A stretch of DNA of 64,000 bases from Eutreptiella sp. 'Long Island Sound 2002'. Its lineage: Eukaryota > Protista > Euglenida. The first letter of the stretch is position 1, and each line of letters starts with the position of its first letter. The notes below the pieces were generated by a model. The model was given only the letters and a program-made list of their open reading frames with translations, was not told where the DNA came from and did no database searches. The stretch lies in NCBI GenBank assembly GCA_964036045.1, contig OZ038378.1:158224001-158288000 (forward strand). The letters are read 5' to 3'. This document shows, in pieces, positions 13,925 to 25,500 of the stretch. Both the position numbers and the translations under genes were made by a program.

Positions 13925-16900
13925 CTAGCACCCTTCCTGCGACACACGGACGGGGACAGCAACCCCACGCCTAGAAATGGTTGCCGAGTGCACGGAGTGA
14001 ACCTCTACACGCCAATCATCTGTGAGGACATGACACAGTACACTCCGAAATGCGGTGGTGACCGCCACCCAGAGCGGCAGGCACGTAGATTCAAAATGGT
14101 CCGCCCAGGCAGAGACTGGGAGCTCACAGAACGGGCAGTAGGACCCAGGGGGTGAGCTGATGTATGGCGCTGATCGGATCCACATGCACGCCCGAATCTC
14201 ATTGGTGTCCAGCGCCAGGTCAGCCACCTGCTGAGACCAGTCACTGACCTGCTGGTCTCTGGGACGCCGAAGAGGGGGGGGTACCACCTCTGTCTCATAG
14301 ATGGCAGACAAAGAGTCCACTGGAGAGACACACAACCGTCCATGCCGAAACAGCAGCGCACTTGGAGAGAGGAGGGAGAGGAGAGGTATTGCGAGGGGAG
14401 GGGGCCGCGCTGCCTTAACAGAGGCCAGATCATGTGCCCGTTGCTGAGCGTCAGCCACAAAGTGGGCCCACCCTGTGGTGTGCTGCGAGGGGGTGTACCC
14501 TTCGTCAAAGGAGTGATGGGTGAACACTCGCAGGAGATAACGCATGATGCAGTTCACATAGTGAGAGCGGGTTTGCTTCCGCAAACCATCATTGATGGCT
14601 GCACTGAGGTTGTCACCCAGCAGCAGAGCTGACTGGTAGCCTGCATCCAGGACCTTGGACACTCCCAGGGCTTTTCCGAGCCACTCTGCCACCCATGATG
14701 ATGGGTCATCGACGGCCATGGCACCCCAAAAGGCACCTGCAACGCCAAGGTCATCTACGATAACGACCGCAAAGCCTACAGCCTGCCCTTTGGCTGCTCC
14801 ATCACTGACGACAGTGAGCGGGGGATGGAGGTCCTTTCGGTGCCATGCACCCTGGATCTCTGACTCTCTGAGATCTGCTGCAGGGCGCACACTGAAAAAC
14901 AGGCCGAAGCGCTCGCAATCACGCTGGAAGATCAGAGGGTCAGCATCCTGTAATTGGGACCAGACAGGATCATACAGCAGGCCCTGAACGAGAGCCCTTG
15001 TGTAAATACTGCGGCTCTGGGCCGCCAGCACTGTGTGATACACCCGCTGGAGTACGAGACGGAGATGCAAGGAGGGAAAGCCCATACCGAAGGACTCAAA
15101 GGGCATGGATATGAGTTTGGAGGGGAACCAACAGGGAAGCGACAAAGCAGAGCGCGCAGCCTGGTGTACCTGAATCTGAAGGGGAGAAAGCAGGCACTGG
15201 TCTACAGGGACCAGAGACAACCGGTAATCAACCCCCGAAACGGCATAAGCCATCACGACCCGCAGGGCCAGGATGCAGGAGGGCTTTTTCCACTTTATCT
15301 TGGCTATCACTCTGATCATTTGATCTTTGGCTGCAGCCAGAATAGTGTGCACAGGCTCATGCATGACACAGGGGATGCCGACTGTGTGCAGCCCCGAAAC
15401 GTCGTGCTCTATGGTGCCCAGAGTGCAGGAAAGGGAGCCCTTGGCATATTGCAGCCTGCCACTCTGCAAAACAACGTGATAGACTTTAAGCTTGCCTGAG
15501 TTCACCGACCCACCTGAAGAGTTCGCCAGGTCGGCTGACACATTCAGGTTGGTACACATGTCCTCGGCCGAGAGGGCAAGCTGCCGGCCATCGTCTGAAA
15601 AAGTCATCTCAGGCACAGTGACACCCGGCAAACACGGGTGTGGTGGGCCAGCCACTTCATCACGAAGAGCCCAGGACCGAAGCATGCGCGGTACCAGATA
15701 CCCACCCACACCCATGCTGTCCCCCTGCACCCCCCCTTGGAGCATGTAGTACGGGGGGGCTAGGCCAAAAGGGGTCTGCAAGTAGACCAGGAAACTTCCA
15801 AAATACCACGTCATCCAGGGGCCGACATGCTCCAAGGCAGGATCATCTAGGAGGTAGCCCCGGAGCATCTCACGGCAGATGTTGCAAAAAGCGTTGCTCT
15901 CGTCCCAGTCGGCGCACCAGATGCCGCTGGGGTTCACCAGGGCCCAATAGGCCAGGTAATAACGCAAAAAAAGGGCAAGGTGGTGCGGGGTGAGCTCCTT
16001 TCTATAGGCAAATGCCCAGGGTGGCATCAGTCCGGTAAGCTCTGCTCGCGACATGAACTTGGTAAAGAGGAGGGTGGACTCACGGCGGCGGACCACTGGA
16101 CCTATGACTATTGGGCGACTATTGCGCAGCAGCCAGTGAGGAAGCTTTTTCAGGAGGCAGACATGGATCGCTGACTGTAGATACCTGGAAAAGTGCCCAT
16201 CCCTGAGCAAGGACATCCAGCGCAGCAGCGTGGCATGACCACAGGGGGCAAGCAGCTGCAGCACACACTCAGGCAGCTCGTCGAGAGCGGTAGCCTCTGA
16301 GCCATGCTTGCTCAAGATCCACTGCCACTCCTGGGGGGATACCTCCGAAGCCACTGAGACTGCACCCACTATCTGGCGTGCGTACGGGACTGCTTTGGAG
16401 GCCAAGAATTGAAGCGTGAGGTCCTGCATGGAAGAGTCATCGCGAGGTTGGGGAGGGGCTCGGGCTCTTGAGGCCGCAGTTCTGATTCTATGTACATCGT
16501 GGACGAGCCATCTCAGCCCATACAATTCTTGAGCTTGTGATCGGGCCTCATCAATAAATTCGCGGGGGGACGTAGGGAAGTTGACCCCATCAGGACTGAC
16601 TGACGTTACTACCTTAAAGTTTTTTGTCTTGATCTTATACATTTTCGAGGTAACAGAATCTATGGACGTCCGGCGCATATCCCGGGCATCAAGGCCAAGG
16701 CCGGCCCGACATGCCTTGTCACGTAATGCCTGTTGCCATTTACGCACCTGCTCCGCTGCACACCTGTCACCAAGCATGGCTTTATATTCAAGGCCACGCA
16801 GGCGCTTGGACTCGTCCACCTGCACTCTACCGATGTACCTGGGCACAAACTGGACAGCCAGGCTGAAATATTCCTCCATGCACTGATCTATGGGTCGTGA

Positions 16901-18682
16901 CTGTTGTGTACGGCACCAGAGCATCAGGGAGAGATGGGCCGATAGGTCAGCAACGCGTGCAGGGTCTGCTTTTCGGAAATTGAGATGTTTGCCCGAACCA
17001 TTTTTCATGTACGAAAACTCTATTGGAAGGGAGAAGACACAACACAGCGCTCCATGATGAGACACACCAGGATACACTGCTTTGGTCAGCAGGGTCAGGG
17101 GGCCCGAAGCCTCTATGAGTATATAGTCTATCTCAGTGCGGGCGACCTTGCCTGCACCAGTGGGTTGGAAATTGGTGGGCTCCCCACGCTCATAGGGTAT
17201 GTAGAGAAAGGACCAACAGTTGCCAAAGCGAAGGCATTTGGAAACTTTGCCTGAGGACGTCGTGCTAATGACCTCGTTGAGATCTCCTGCGACGATAAAT
17301 ACATCACCAGGACGTCGAGGCAGCTCAGCAACTTTCCGCTGTATGACTTCCCACACATGTGTATCCTGCTTGGGCCTACGGTACACATTGCCAAGAATCA
17401 TGCGGTGTCCGGACGGTCTGGATATGTAGAGGACTTGAAGATCCTCATAGCACTCTAGGGTTTTGGCTTCAGGACGGGGCTGGGGCTGTGCAGCACACTG
17501 GGGGACAAGGGAGTGGATGACCAAGATGGCCATGCCTGCTCCACGGGAGGCCACTTCATCATAATATACCTTATAGGGTGAGTCAGCGAGCTCCGCTGCC
17601 TGGAAACCTTCCCAGAGCTCTTGAAGAAATGCAATGTCCACGGACAGTTCTGACAGGAGGGACAGGATTTGACCAGACTTTTGCGCTGCACCTCCACAGT
17701 TAAGGGTGATAACCACCAGCTCACTTACCGAGGATGAGACCTGCACAGTCTCCGGGGCAAGCTCACCTTGGTTGAGGACAAGGGGAGATGTGACCTGCAG
17801 CCGGGGTTCATCGGTAAGCGAAGGCGTAACCACTGATGGCATCGGTGGGGTTGCATGCACAGAGCAGTCATATAATTTGCGTTGCGACACAGAGACCACC
17901 CCTTGCAGGAGGTGACTGCCACGGTACTGGTAGCATGTGCCAGCCAGCGCCTTCGTCACATTCTCTGTGTCTATTCTAGGGCAGAGCAGGGGGGGCGTAC
18001 CCGCCAGCAGCGGGGCATCTTCTTGCGGGAAATGTAGGCACACGGCATCCACCAGCCTGGTCCGGTGGCACTGTGTACAGGGCCGTCCTACCAGGACTGG
18101 GCGCTGGGTGCACTGGTACAAGACTTCGTCGGGTGTGGCAAAATCACGCAGCGCCAAGCTGGGAAGGGGCCGGGGGGAATTCAACTGAGGGGGGGGCGCC
18201 TCTAGTTTGCCAATGATCCAGATGCACAGTCTTCCTTTCAAGAACATGGGGGGGGAGAAAAGAGAGCCCGACGTGAGGCGCCAAGAGTGATCGCACAACT
18301 TGGACGCCCATCGCTGCAGAATCTCCAAGGAGTAGGTGATGGAGGAGGAAGATAGCAGGGCAAGCGTCGGCGGGGGGAGGCCAAAAATGCGACCCAGCGC
18401 TTGGGCTTGCGCCCGGCTGAGCTGCGCACCTGGGTGGTGCAGCAACTGCTGAAAGGCGTGGCTCTTGCAGGACCTGCAGATGCGTGCAGGCGCCGGCATC
18501 ACATCACCGCAAGATGTACAGCTCACTACGGCTGAAGGCTCTGTCACCTGTTGTGACCGCAGGTGGTCGACGGGAGGGCATGCAACAGGGGGGACAACTC
18601 GCTGGGCAGCGTGTATGCGCTGCAGTAGGTCATGCATGCTCGGACTCTGGCGGCCATGAGAGGAGACCACCACCAGGGACAT
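13925..18682 (-). CDS. ORF2 polyprotein (1585 aa): N-terminal C4 Zn ribbon, APE endonuclease, reverse transcriptase, RNase H, C-terminal CCHC-like knuckle
   Basis: Zn ribbon CTSC...CRSC. APE motifs ITLNCGG, FLQE, NVYRRP, AGDLN, IDYIL, SHH. RT motifs NSRPI, DWDESNAF, GVQGDSMG, FSDD. RNase H motifs SDG, AEW, GDN. Knuckle CPFC-x9-H-x4-C. Confidence 0.93.
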   Translation of the reverse strand: MSLVVVSSHGRQSPSMHDLLQRIHAAQRVVPPVACPPVDHLRSQQVTEPSAVVSCTSCGDVMPAPARICRSCKSHAFQQLLHHPGAQLSRAQAQALGRIFGLPPPTLALLSSSSITYSLEILQRWASKLCDHSWRLTSGSLFSPPMFLKGRLCIWIIGKLEAPPPQLNSPRPLPSLALRDFATPDEVLYQCTQRPVLVGRPCTQCHRTRLVDAVCLHFPQEDAPLLAGTPPLLCPRIDTENVTKALAGTCYQYRGSHLLQGVVSVSQRKLYDCSVHATPPMPSVVTPSLTDEPRLQVTSPLVLNQGELAPETVQVSSSVSELVVITLNCGGAAQKSGQILSLLSELSVDIAFLQELWEGFQAAELADSPYKVYYDEVASRGAGMAILVIHSLVPQCAAQPQPRPEAKTLECYEDLQVLYISRPSGHRMILGNVYRRPKQDTHVWEVIQRKVAELPRRPGDVFIVAGDLNEVISTTSSGKVSKCLRFGNCWSFLYIPYERGEPTNFQPTGAGKVARTEIDYILIEASGPLTLLTKAVYPGVSHHGALCCVFSLPIEFSYMKNGSGKHLNFRKADPARVADLSAHLSLMLWCRTQQSRPIDQCMEEYFSLAVQFVPRYIGRVQVDESKRLRGLEYKAMLGDRCAAEQVRKWQQALRDKACRAGLGLDARDMRRTSIDSVTSKMYKIKTKNFKVVTSVSPDGVNFPTSPREFIDEARSQAQELYGLRWLVHDVHRIRTAASRARAPPQPRDDSSMQDLTLQFLASKAVPYARQIVGAVSVASEVSPQEWQWILSKHGSEATALDELPECVLQLLAPCGHATLLRWMSLLRDGHFSRYLQSAIHVCLLKKLPHWLLRNSRPIVIGPVVRRRESTLLFTKFMSRAELTGLMPPWAFAYRKELTPHHLALFLRYYLAYWALVNPSGIWCADWDESNAFCNICREMLRGYLLDDPALEHVGPWMTWYFGSFLVYLQTPFGLAPPYYMLQGGVQGDSMGVGGYLVPRMLRSWALRDEVAGPPHPCLPGVTVPEMTFSDDGRQLALSAEDMCTNLNVSADLANSSGGSVNSGKLKVYHVVLQSGRLQYAKGSLSCTLGTIEHDVSGLHTVGIPCVMHEPVHTILAAAKDQMIRVIAKIKWKKPSCILALRVVMAYAVSGVDYRLSLVPVDQCLLSPLQIQVHQAARSALSLPCWFPSKLISMPFESFGMGFPSLHLRLVLQRVYHTVLAAQSRSIYTRALVQGLLYDPVWSQLQDADPLIFQRDCERFGLFFSVRPAADLRESEIQGAWHRKDLHPPLTVVSDGAAKGQAVGFAVVIVDDLGVAGAFWGAMAVDDPSSWVAEWLGKALGVSKVLDAGYQSALLLGDNLSAAINDGLRKQTRSHYVNCIMRYLLRVFTHHSFDEGYTPSQHTTGWAHFVADAQQRAHDLASVKAARPPPLAIPLLSLLSPSALLFRHGRLCVSPVDSLSAIYETEVVPPPLRRPRDQQVSDWSQQVADLALDTNEIRACMWIRSAPYISSPPGSYCPFCELPVSAWADHFESTCLPLWVAVTTAFRSVLCHVLTDDWRVEVHSVHSATISRRGVAVPVRVSQEGC

Positions 18683-18739
18683 CGACAGGACTGTGGTAAG
18701 AGGAGGCAGAACATCAGCCGACGGTATGCAGGGGGGTAG

Positions 18740-21104
18740 TCACATGTTCCCATGGCCGCGATAGCCAGCTTGAGAACCATGGTAGGCGGATGATGTCTCC
18801 CAGGAGCCTGCAGCTGGCAGGGAGGACTCACGGTCACGATCTCCAAAGCGCGGGACATATCGAGGGTCGCGATGCGTGGGTCGCAGCTCCGCAGGCCGGG
18901 GTGGGCTAGGTGACCCTCGGGGACTCAGGTCCCTGTCCACGTCCCGGTAACTCGCCCGCCTGTCCTGCAGTGATGGCGGCAGGTCAGAGTAGCTGGAGTG
19001 ACGGGCGTCAGAGAGGCGTCCGGGGGACGGGGAGCGCATATGGAGGGGGGGGGGCATCCGTTGGCGGCCGCCGAGAGGGTGCTCTATGGCGCTTGGTAGG
19101 GCGCTCATCAAAGCGATGCTCATCCGGGGCCCTCTTGCTTGATGGAGGAGGGCGTAGGCTGTCTCCCCACTGCTTGCAGACACACTGCGTGGGGGGCGTC
19201 CATGGTCGGACAGGCGACCCATCCGGGTGGCAGGCACTCAAAGATGCCGTGAGATGGGGGGCCATGACGATTACGACGGACCCATCCATCCCAAGGCGCT
19301 GCCGCCAGGCCTGGGTGGGAATCAGCAGGCTACAGAACTTGACTGAGACGCCTCGCTGCATGAGGCCGGCTGGGGAATGAGGGCCGTGGACCGCACATTG
19401 AAAGAAGGCAGACGCTGCAGACACAAAGGCTGGCCACGGTAACCCGTCTGCATTGGGGCTCAGGGTCATGCGCACCGCCGTGAGCGAGGCAGGGTCTGCC
19501 GGATATGGCTGGCTGGCCGGCAGCGATGTTGGGCCTGGAGAGACAGAGGGCACAGTGTGGATACCCAGCTGGCTAAGGACTGACGCCGTCCAGTTGGGAG
19601 CCGCACCATGCTTGCATCGATTGCTTACCGCCGTTTGAAGAGCTTTCAGAACAGACAGATGTCGCACATCCCCGACGAACTCAGCAATCGCTACCGCTAG
19701 GGTCGCAAAATCCTTGACGGACTCCAGATGGAACACTGGTATATCTTGCTCTTCCAGGGCAGCTATGTCGACCGCTATTTGGCACGCCAACGAACGCCAC
19801 TTCGTGTCGGCATCAGTATTGCCTTGGATCTGTTTGAGGATGGCGAGGGTTGTCTGGCTTTTAACGGAGTCGGTGATGACAATGAGCTCTGATTCGTTGA
19901 GGTACCTGACCCAGGACATGAGGGCACACTTGATTCGTACTTGATCATTACCACTGGGCCACGAGAAGCTGGTGAGGCATGTTGAGAGCGATGGACCATC
20001 CCCCACTCGAAGAAGCTGCTGGCCCAACTTGTGCGTCGCCGGGTACGGGGATAGGAGCGTGTTGAGGTGCTCCACGGCCTTTTTCACGTACTCCGACGGG
20101 ACATCGCTGGACGCCTCTGCAACCTTCAGCAAGATCTGCGGCATTGTCAGCTTGGAGGCCGTCTCAGACGGGAGGGCTATGCCGGCTGACAGCTCACCAG
20201 AGGGCTTGGCAGCGAGGTCCTCACTGGCTCCAGCAGTCGACGGTCCTGCTGAACTCTGGCCTGAGGCAGACGAGAGAGATGCGGGAATGTCACGTGGCAG
20301 GAGGCCAGAGCTGTTGGGCCATGCATCCCGGATTGCACGCTCCAGAACTTTTTCGCCGACTCCCCCAGCAGGCCCTGATTGCTCTGTGGCTTTGGGCTCC
20401 CATGAAAGCTTCTTTTTGTGCTGTTTGGCCACCCACTTATAGACTGAGACGCGGAACCAGAATAGGGACAGCACCACCTTCCCTTTGGATAGGGGGGTGA
20501 CATCCCCGTTGACCATGTCAGAGAAGTGGTTGGGGTCAGTCGTCAGCAATGTGCGGACTGCATCCGCCACCTCAGGAACGGGGATGCCACTGATGACCTC
20601 TGCGTGCAGAATGCTACGGGTCGCCCCAGACACAGAGGGCAGATTGTCCCGGAGATAAGCAACCGCCTCCAGCCATGTGCCCCAATACCATGTCGGCAGG
20701 TCGCGGTTGAGGAACGCAATATCCACTGCCGGAAGCTTTCCCAAGATGACGCTCCATAGAAGGGGGAATGATCGGGCCCATGCTGACGTTAGAGGCACTC
20801 CCGATACTTCTGTTTTGTCCTGCTTGATGGCGGTCAGTTTCAGCACACCATCACGATCCTCTATCCTGGGGATGTACACAACTTGCTCAGGCTGGAGATG
20901 CAGGGCCGCTTGGCTCATTGACATGACTGCGGTGGTCTGCAGACCGGCAAACACGGGGACGGAGAATGAAGGGAGAGCTGGCACAAGACCTGCAACAGCA
21001 GCACTGTGACAAGGAGCACGATGAAGGGCAGATGCCACCACGGAAGATGACGACGTCACACCGCTGGCTGGCGACTGGCATCGTACCAGACATCTGTGTC
21101 CCAA
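18740..21104 (-). pseudogene. ORF1 of copy 1, disrupted by a 5-bp deletion near 19035
   Basis: Nearly identical to 27411-29780 but lacks CGCTG, which truncates the frame at 19008. The remainder continues in another frame to 18740. Confidence 0.85.
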
Positions 21105-21680
21105 GCAGAAGCGCAGTGCAAGAGCGCTGCAGTGCAGGGGAAGTTCACAGTACAGTTATCAGTCCCTGCAGCCCCCGTTCTCGGTGCTGGGATACGATTC
21201 ACGACCCTGCAAGTGCAGCAACGATGCAGCGGAGTGCGTGTGGGGGGGGGGGGGGGGGGGGTTGGCTGTAGCTGTTGTTCTGTTGCGCTGGTGGCCCCTG
21301 TTCCACCCTTCCCGTTTTCTGTCGCGCTATGTGTAGTGCGAGAAAAAGAACTCAGGGAGCCTGTTGACGGCGGCCCAAAAACGGTCATGTGGTGCAGTGA
21401 GCCAGCTGGGGACAGGTGGCACTGCCAACTGGGCCCTGGGACCGTGAGTAGATCCCCCGGATGGGCCATTGGCTGGACGGGGCAGTGCAGCCCAGCACCT
21501 CAGCCGTGGGCGGTCTGCCCTGTGGAAGGGGGGGGGGGGGGTCGGGGTTGCATTTCACCCTGGACCGGCTCAGGGCTTATGCACGACACCGTTAGCACCC
21601 CCGCCGCAGGCGGGAGCCCAGGCCCTGTCGTTCGGGGCTCCGCACCTGGTCACCATCCCGTTGTGGGTGGCTAGCTCGGC

Positions 21681-21697
21681 ACACACACACACACACA

Positions 21698-21780
<83 letters not shown>
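21681..21780. repeat. 100-bp (CA)n spacer between the two full-length retrotransposons
   Basis: Directly visible. Confidence 0.98.
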
Positions 21781-21784
<4 letters not shown>

Positions 21785-22595
21785 CAGGTCAGGTCAGGTA
21801 ATGCCAGCAACCACTGTCCGCAAGCCCGCCGAAGCGTCAAGCGGCAAGACGTCTGGCCGTACACACTCTACCCACTCCGAAGAGAGCCGGCAGGATCGCC
21901 GCTCGTTGATCTGGCAGGACGGCCAGGATGTGAGAGTTTCTCTTGCTCTGAGCAGGACGGCTCAGCAACGATGGGCAGGCATCTTCTACGAGGCTTGCCC
22001 TGTGAGGCCTCCACCCTCTCCTAGGGGCTGACGGGACATCTCCATGTCTGGCACGGGAGAACGAAGCACGAGAACGCGGCAAGAGGGTGGATCATTAACT
22101 CCTTGATAGCTGGTCCATCAGTTCCTGGTGACGATGTGAAGCTGGGGGATCTGTCCACTGGATAACCCACAGACCGGGCAGTACCACCACTGTGTCCATG
22201 CACCTCGGCTTATCATGCATGGACACCACCACATTTATGTCATCATCCCCTGATGGTCCTTGCGGGCTCCACAGGACGCGGCGAGGGGATGTACCTGAGC
22301 TGGACCAGGGCGGGGGCAGGATGCACATCTCTGCACATGGGGCACGCAGGTGGGTGGAGAGGTAGGTTAGGAAAACTTGATGCCCCCAAGAGAGGTCCTC
22401 ACGATGACCAAGGCCTGGGGCCGTGCTCTGCTGGATTTGGGCTACGATGTCGCCTTGGCGCAGCGACGAGGACAGGGAGCACACATATATAGTGGAAAGC
22501 TTCGTCAGGTCCACTGGGGCTGGGTCGTCACTGTGGCGGGGATAATAGGATACAATACCAGACAGGGTGATCCAGATCACACCCAGGTCAAGTCT

Positions 22596-25500
22596 CTAGC
22601 ACCCTTCCTGCGACACACGGACGGGGACAGCAACCCCACGCCTAGAAATGGTTGCCGAGTGCACGGAGTGAACCTCTACACGCCAATCATCTGTGAGGAC
22701 ATGACACAGTACACTCCGAAATGCGGTGGTGACCGCCACCCAGAGCGGCAGGCACGTAGATTCAAAATGGTCCGCCCAGGCAGAGACTGGGAGCTCACAG
22801 AACGGGCAGTAGGACCCAGGGGGTGAGCTGATGTATGGCGCTGATCGGATCCACATGCACGCCCGAATCTCATTGGTGTCCAGCGCCAGGTCAGCCACCT
22901 GCTGAGACCAGTCACTGACCTGCTGGTCTCTGGGACGCCGAAGAGGGGGGGGTACCACCTCTGTCTCATAGATGGCAGACAAAGAGTCCACTGGAGAGAC
23001 ACACAACCGTCCATGCCGAAACAGCAGCGCACTTGGAGAGAGGAGGGAGAGGAGAGGTATTGCGAGGGGAGGGGGCCGCGCTGCCTTAACAGAGGCCAGA
23101 TCATGTGCCCGTTGCTGAGCGTCAGCCACAAAGTGGGCCCACCCTGTGGTGTGCTGCGAGGGGGTGTACCCTTCGTCAAAGGAGTGATCGGTGAACACTC
23201 GCAGGAGATAACGCATGATGCAGTTCACATAGTGAGAGCGGGTTTGCTTCCGCAAACCATCATTGATGGCTGCACTGAGGTTGTCACCCAGCAGCAGAGC
23301 TGACTGGTAGCCTGCATCCAGGACCTTGGACACTCCCAGGGCTTTTCCGAGCCACTCTGCCACCCATGATGATGGGTCATCGACGGCCATGGCACCCCAA
23401 AAGGCACCTGCAACGCCAAGGTCATCTACGATAACGACCGCAAAGCCTACAGCCTGCCCTTTGGCTGCTCCATCACTGACGACAGTGAGCGGGGGATGGA
23501 GGTCCTTTCGGTGCCATGCACCCTGGATCTCTGACTCTCTGAGATCTGCTGCAGGGCGCACACTGAAAAACAGGCCGAAGCGCTCGCAATCACGCTGGAA
23601 GATCAGAGGGTCAGCATCCTGTAATTGGGACCAGACAGGATCATACAGCAGGCCCTGAACGAGAGCCCTTGTGTAAATACTGCGGCTCTGGGCCGCCAGC
23701 ACTGTGTGATACACCCGCTGGAGTACGAGACGGAGATGCAAGGAGGGAAAGCCCATACCGAAGGACTCAAAGGGCATGGATATGAGTTTGGAGGGGAACC
23801 AACAGGGAAGCGACAAAGCAGAGCGCGCAGCCTGGTGTACCTGAATCTGAAGGGGAGAAAGCAGGCACTGGTCTACAGGGACCAGAGACAACCGGTAATC
23901 AACCCCCGAAACGGCATAAGCCATCACGACCCGCAGGGCCAGGATGCAGGAGGGCTTTTTCCACTTTATCTTGGCTATCACTCTGATCATTTGATCTTTG
24001 GCTGCAGCCAGAATAGTGTGCACAGGCTCATGCATGACACAGGGGATGCCGACTGTGTGCAGCCCCGAAACGTCGTGCTCTATGGTGCCCAGAGTGCAGG
24101 AAAGGGAGCCCTTGGCATATTGCAGCCTGCCACTCTGCAAAACAACGTGATAGACTTTAAGCTTGCCTGAGTTCACCGACCCACCTGAAGAGTTCGCCAG
24201 GTCGGCTGACACATTCAGGTTGGTACACATGTCCTCGGCCGAGAGGGCAAGCTGCCGGCCATCGTCTGAAAAAGTCATCTCAGGCACAGTGACACCCGGC
24301 AAACACGGGTGTGGTGGGCCAGCCACTTCATCACGAAGAGCCCAGGACCGAAGCATGCGCGGTACCAGATACCCACCCACACCCATGCTGTCCCCCTGCA
24401 CCCCCCCTTGGAGCATGTAGTACGGGGGGGCTAGGCCAAAAGGGGTCTGCAAGTAGACCAGGAAACTTCCAAAATACCACGTCATCCAGGGGCTGACATG
24501 CTCCAAGGCAGGATCATCTAGGAGGTAGCCCCGGAGCATCTCACGGCAGATGTTGCAAAAAGCGTTGCTCTCGTCCCAGTCGGCGCACCAGATGCCGCTG
24601 GGGTTCACCAGGGCCCAATAGGCCAGGTAATAACGCAAAAAAAGGGCAAGGTGGTGCGGGGTGAGCTCCTTTCTATAGGCAAATGCCCAGGGTGGCATCA
24701 GTCCGGTAAGCTCTGCTCGCGACATGAACTTGGTAAAGAGGAGGGTGGACTCACGGCGGCGGACCACTGGACCTATGACTATTGGGCGACTATTGCGCAG
24801 CAGCCAGTGAGGAAGCTTTTTCAGGAGGCAGACATGGATCGCTGACTGTAGATACCTGGAAAAGTGCCCATCCCTGAGCAAGGACATCCAGCGCAGCAGC
24901 GTGGCATGACCACAGGGGGCAAGCAGCTGCAGCACACACTCAGGCAGCTCGTCGAGAGCGGTAGCCTCTGAGCCATGCTTGCTCAAGATCCACTGCCACT
25001 CCTGGGGGGATACCTCCGAAGCCACTGAGACTGCACCCACTATCTGGCGTGCGTACGGGACTGCTTTGGAGGCCAAGAATTGAAGCGTGAGGTCCTGCAT
25101 GGAAGAGTCATCGCGAGGTTGGGGAGGGGCTCGGGCTCTTGAGGCCGCAGTTCTGATTCTATGTACATCGTGGACGAGCCATCTCAGCCCATACAATTCT
25201 TGAGCTTGTGATCGGGCCTCATCAATAAATTCGCGGGGGGACGTAGGGAAGTTGACCCCATCAGGACTGACTGACGTTACTACCTTAAAGTTTTTTGTCT
25301 TGATCTTATACATTTTCGAGGTAACAGAATCTATGGACGTCCGGCGCATATCCCGGGCATCAAGGCCAAGGCCGGCCCGACATGCCTTGTCACGTAATGC
25401 CTGTTGCCATTTACGCACCTGCTCCGCTGCACACCTGTCACCAAGCATGGCTTTATATTCAAGGCCACGCAGGCGCTTGGACTCGTCCACCTGCACTCTA

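Larger units (their letters stand above)
13111..21680 (-). mobile_element. Full-length non-LTR retrotransposon, copy 1 (8570 bp), inserted in (CA)n; (GACCT)n 3' tail; ORF1 frameshifted
   Basis: Two-ORF layout with APE, RT and RNase H motifs. Both ends abut (CA)n. The 5' and 3' termini are the same as in copy 2. Confidence 0.95.

Noticed and set aside
13925-18682. Assigning the element to Dualen/RandI
   Set aside because: APE, RT, RNase H and CCHC fit, but no convincing PD-(D/E)xK motif lies within the ORF and the element has two ORFs. Kept only as a hypothesis.
21560-21680. Self-cleaving ribozyme (HDV-like or hammerhead) at the retrotransposon 5' end
   Set aside because: GC-rich hairpins and a GCUAA are present, but I could not build the P1/P3/L3 pseudoknot or find CUGANGA/GAAA cores. 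An Infernal or RNArobo scan would settle it.
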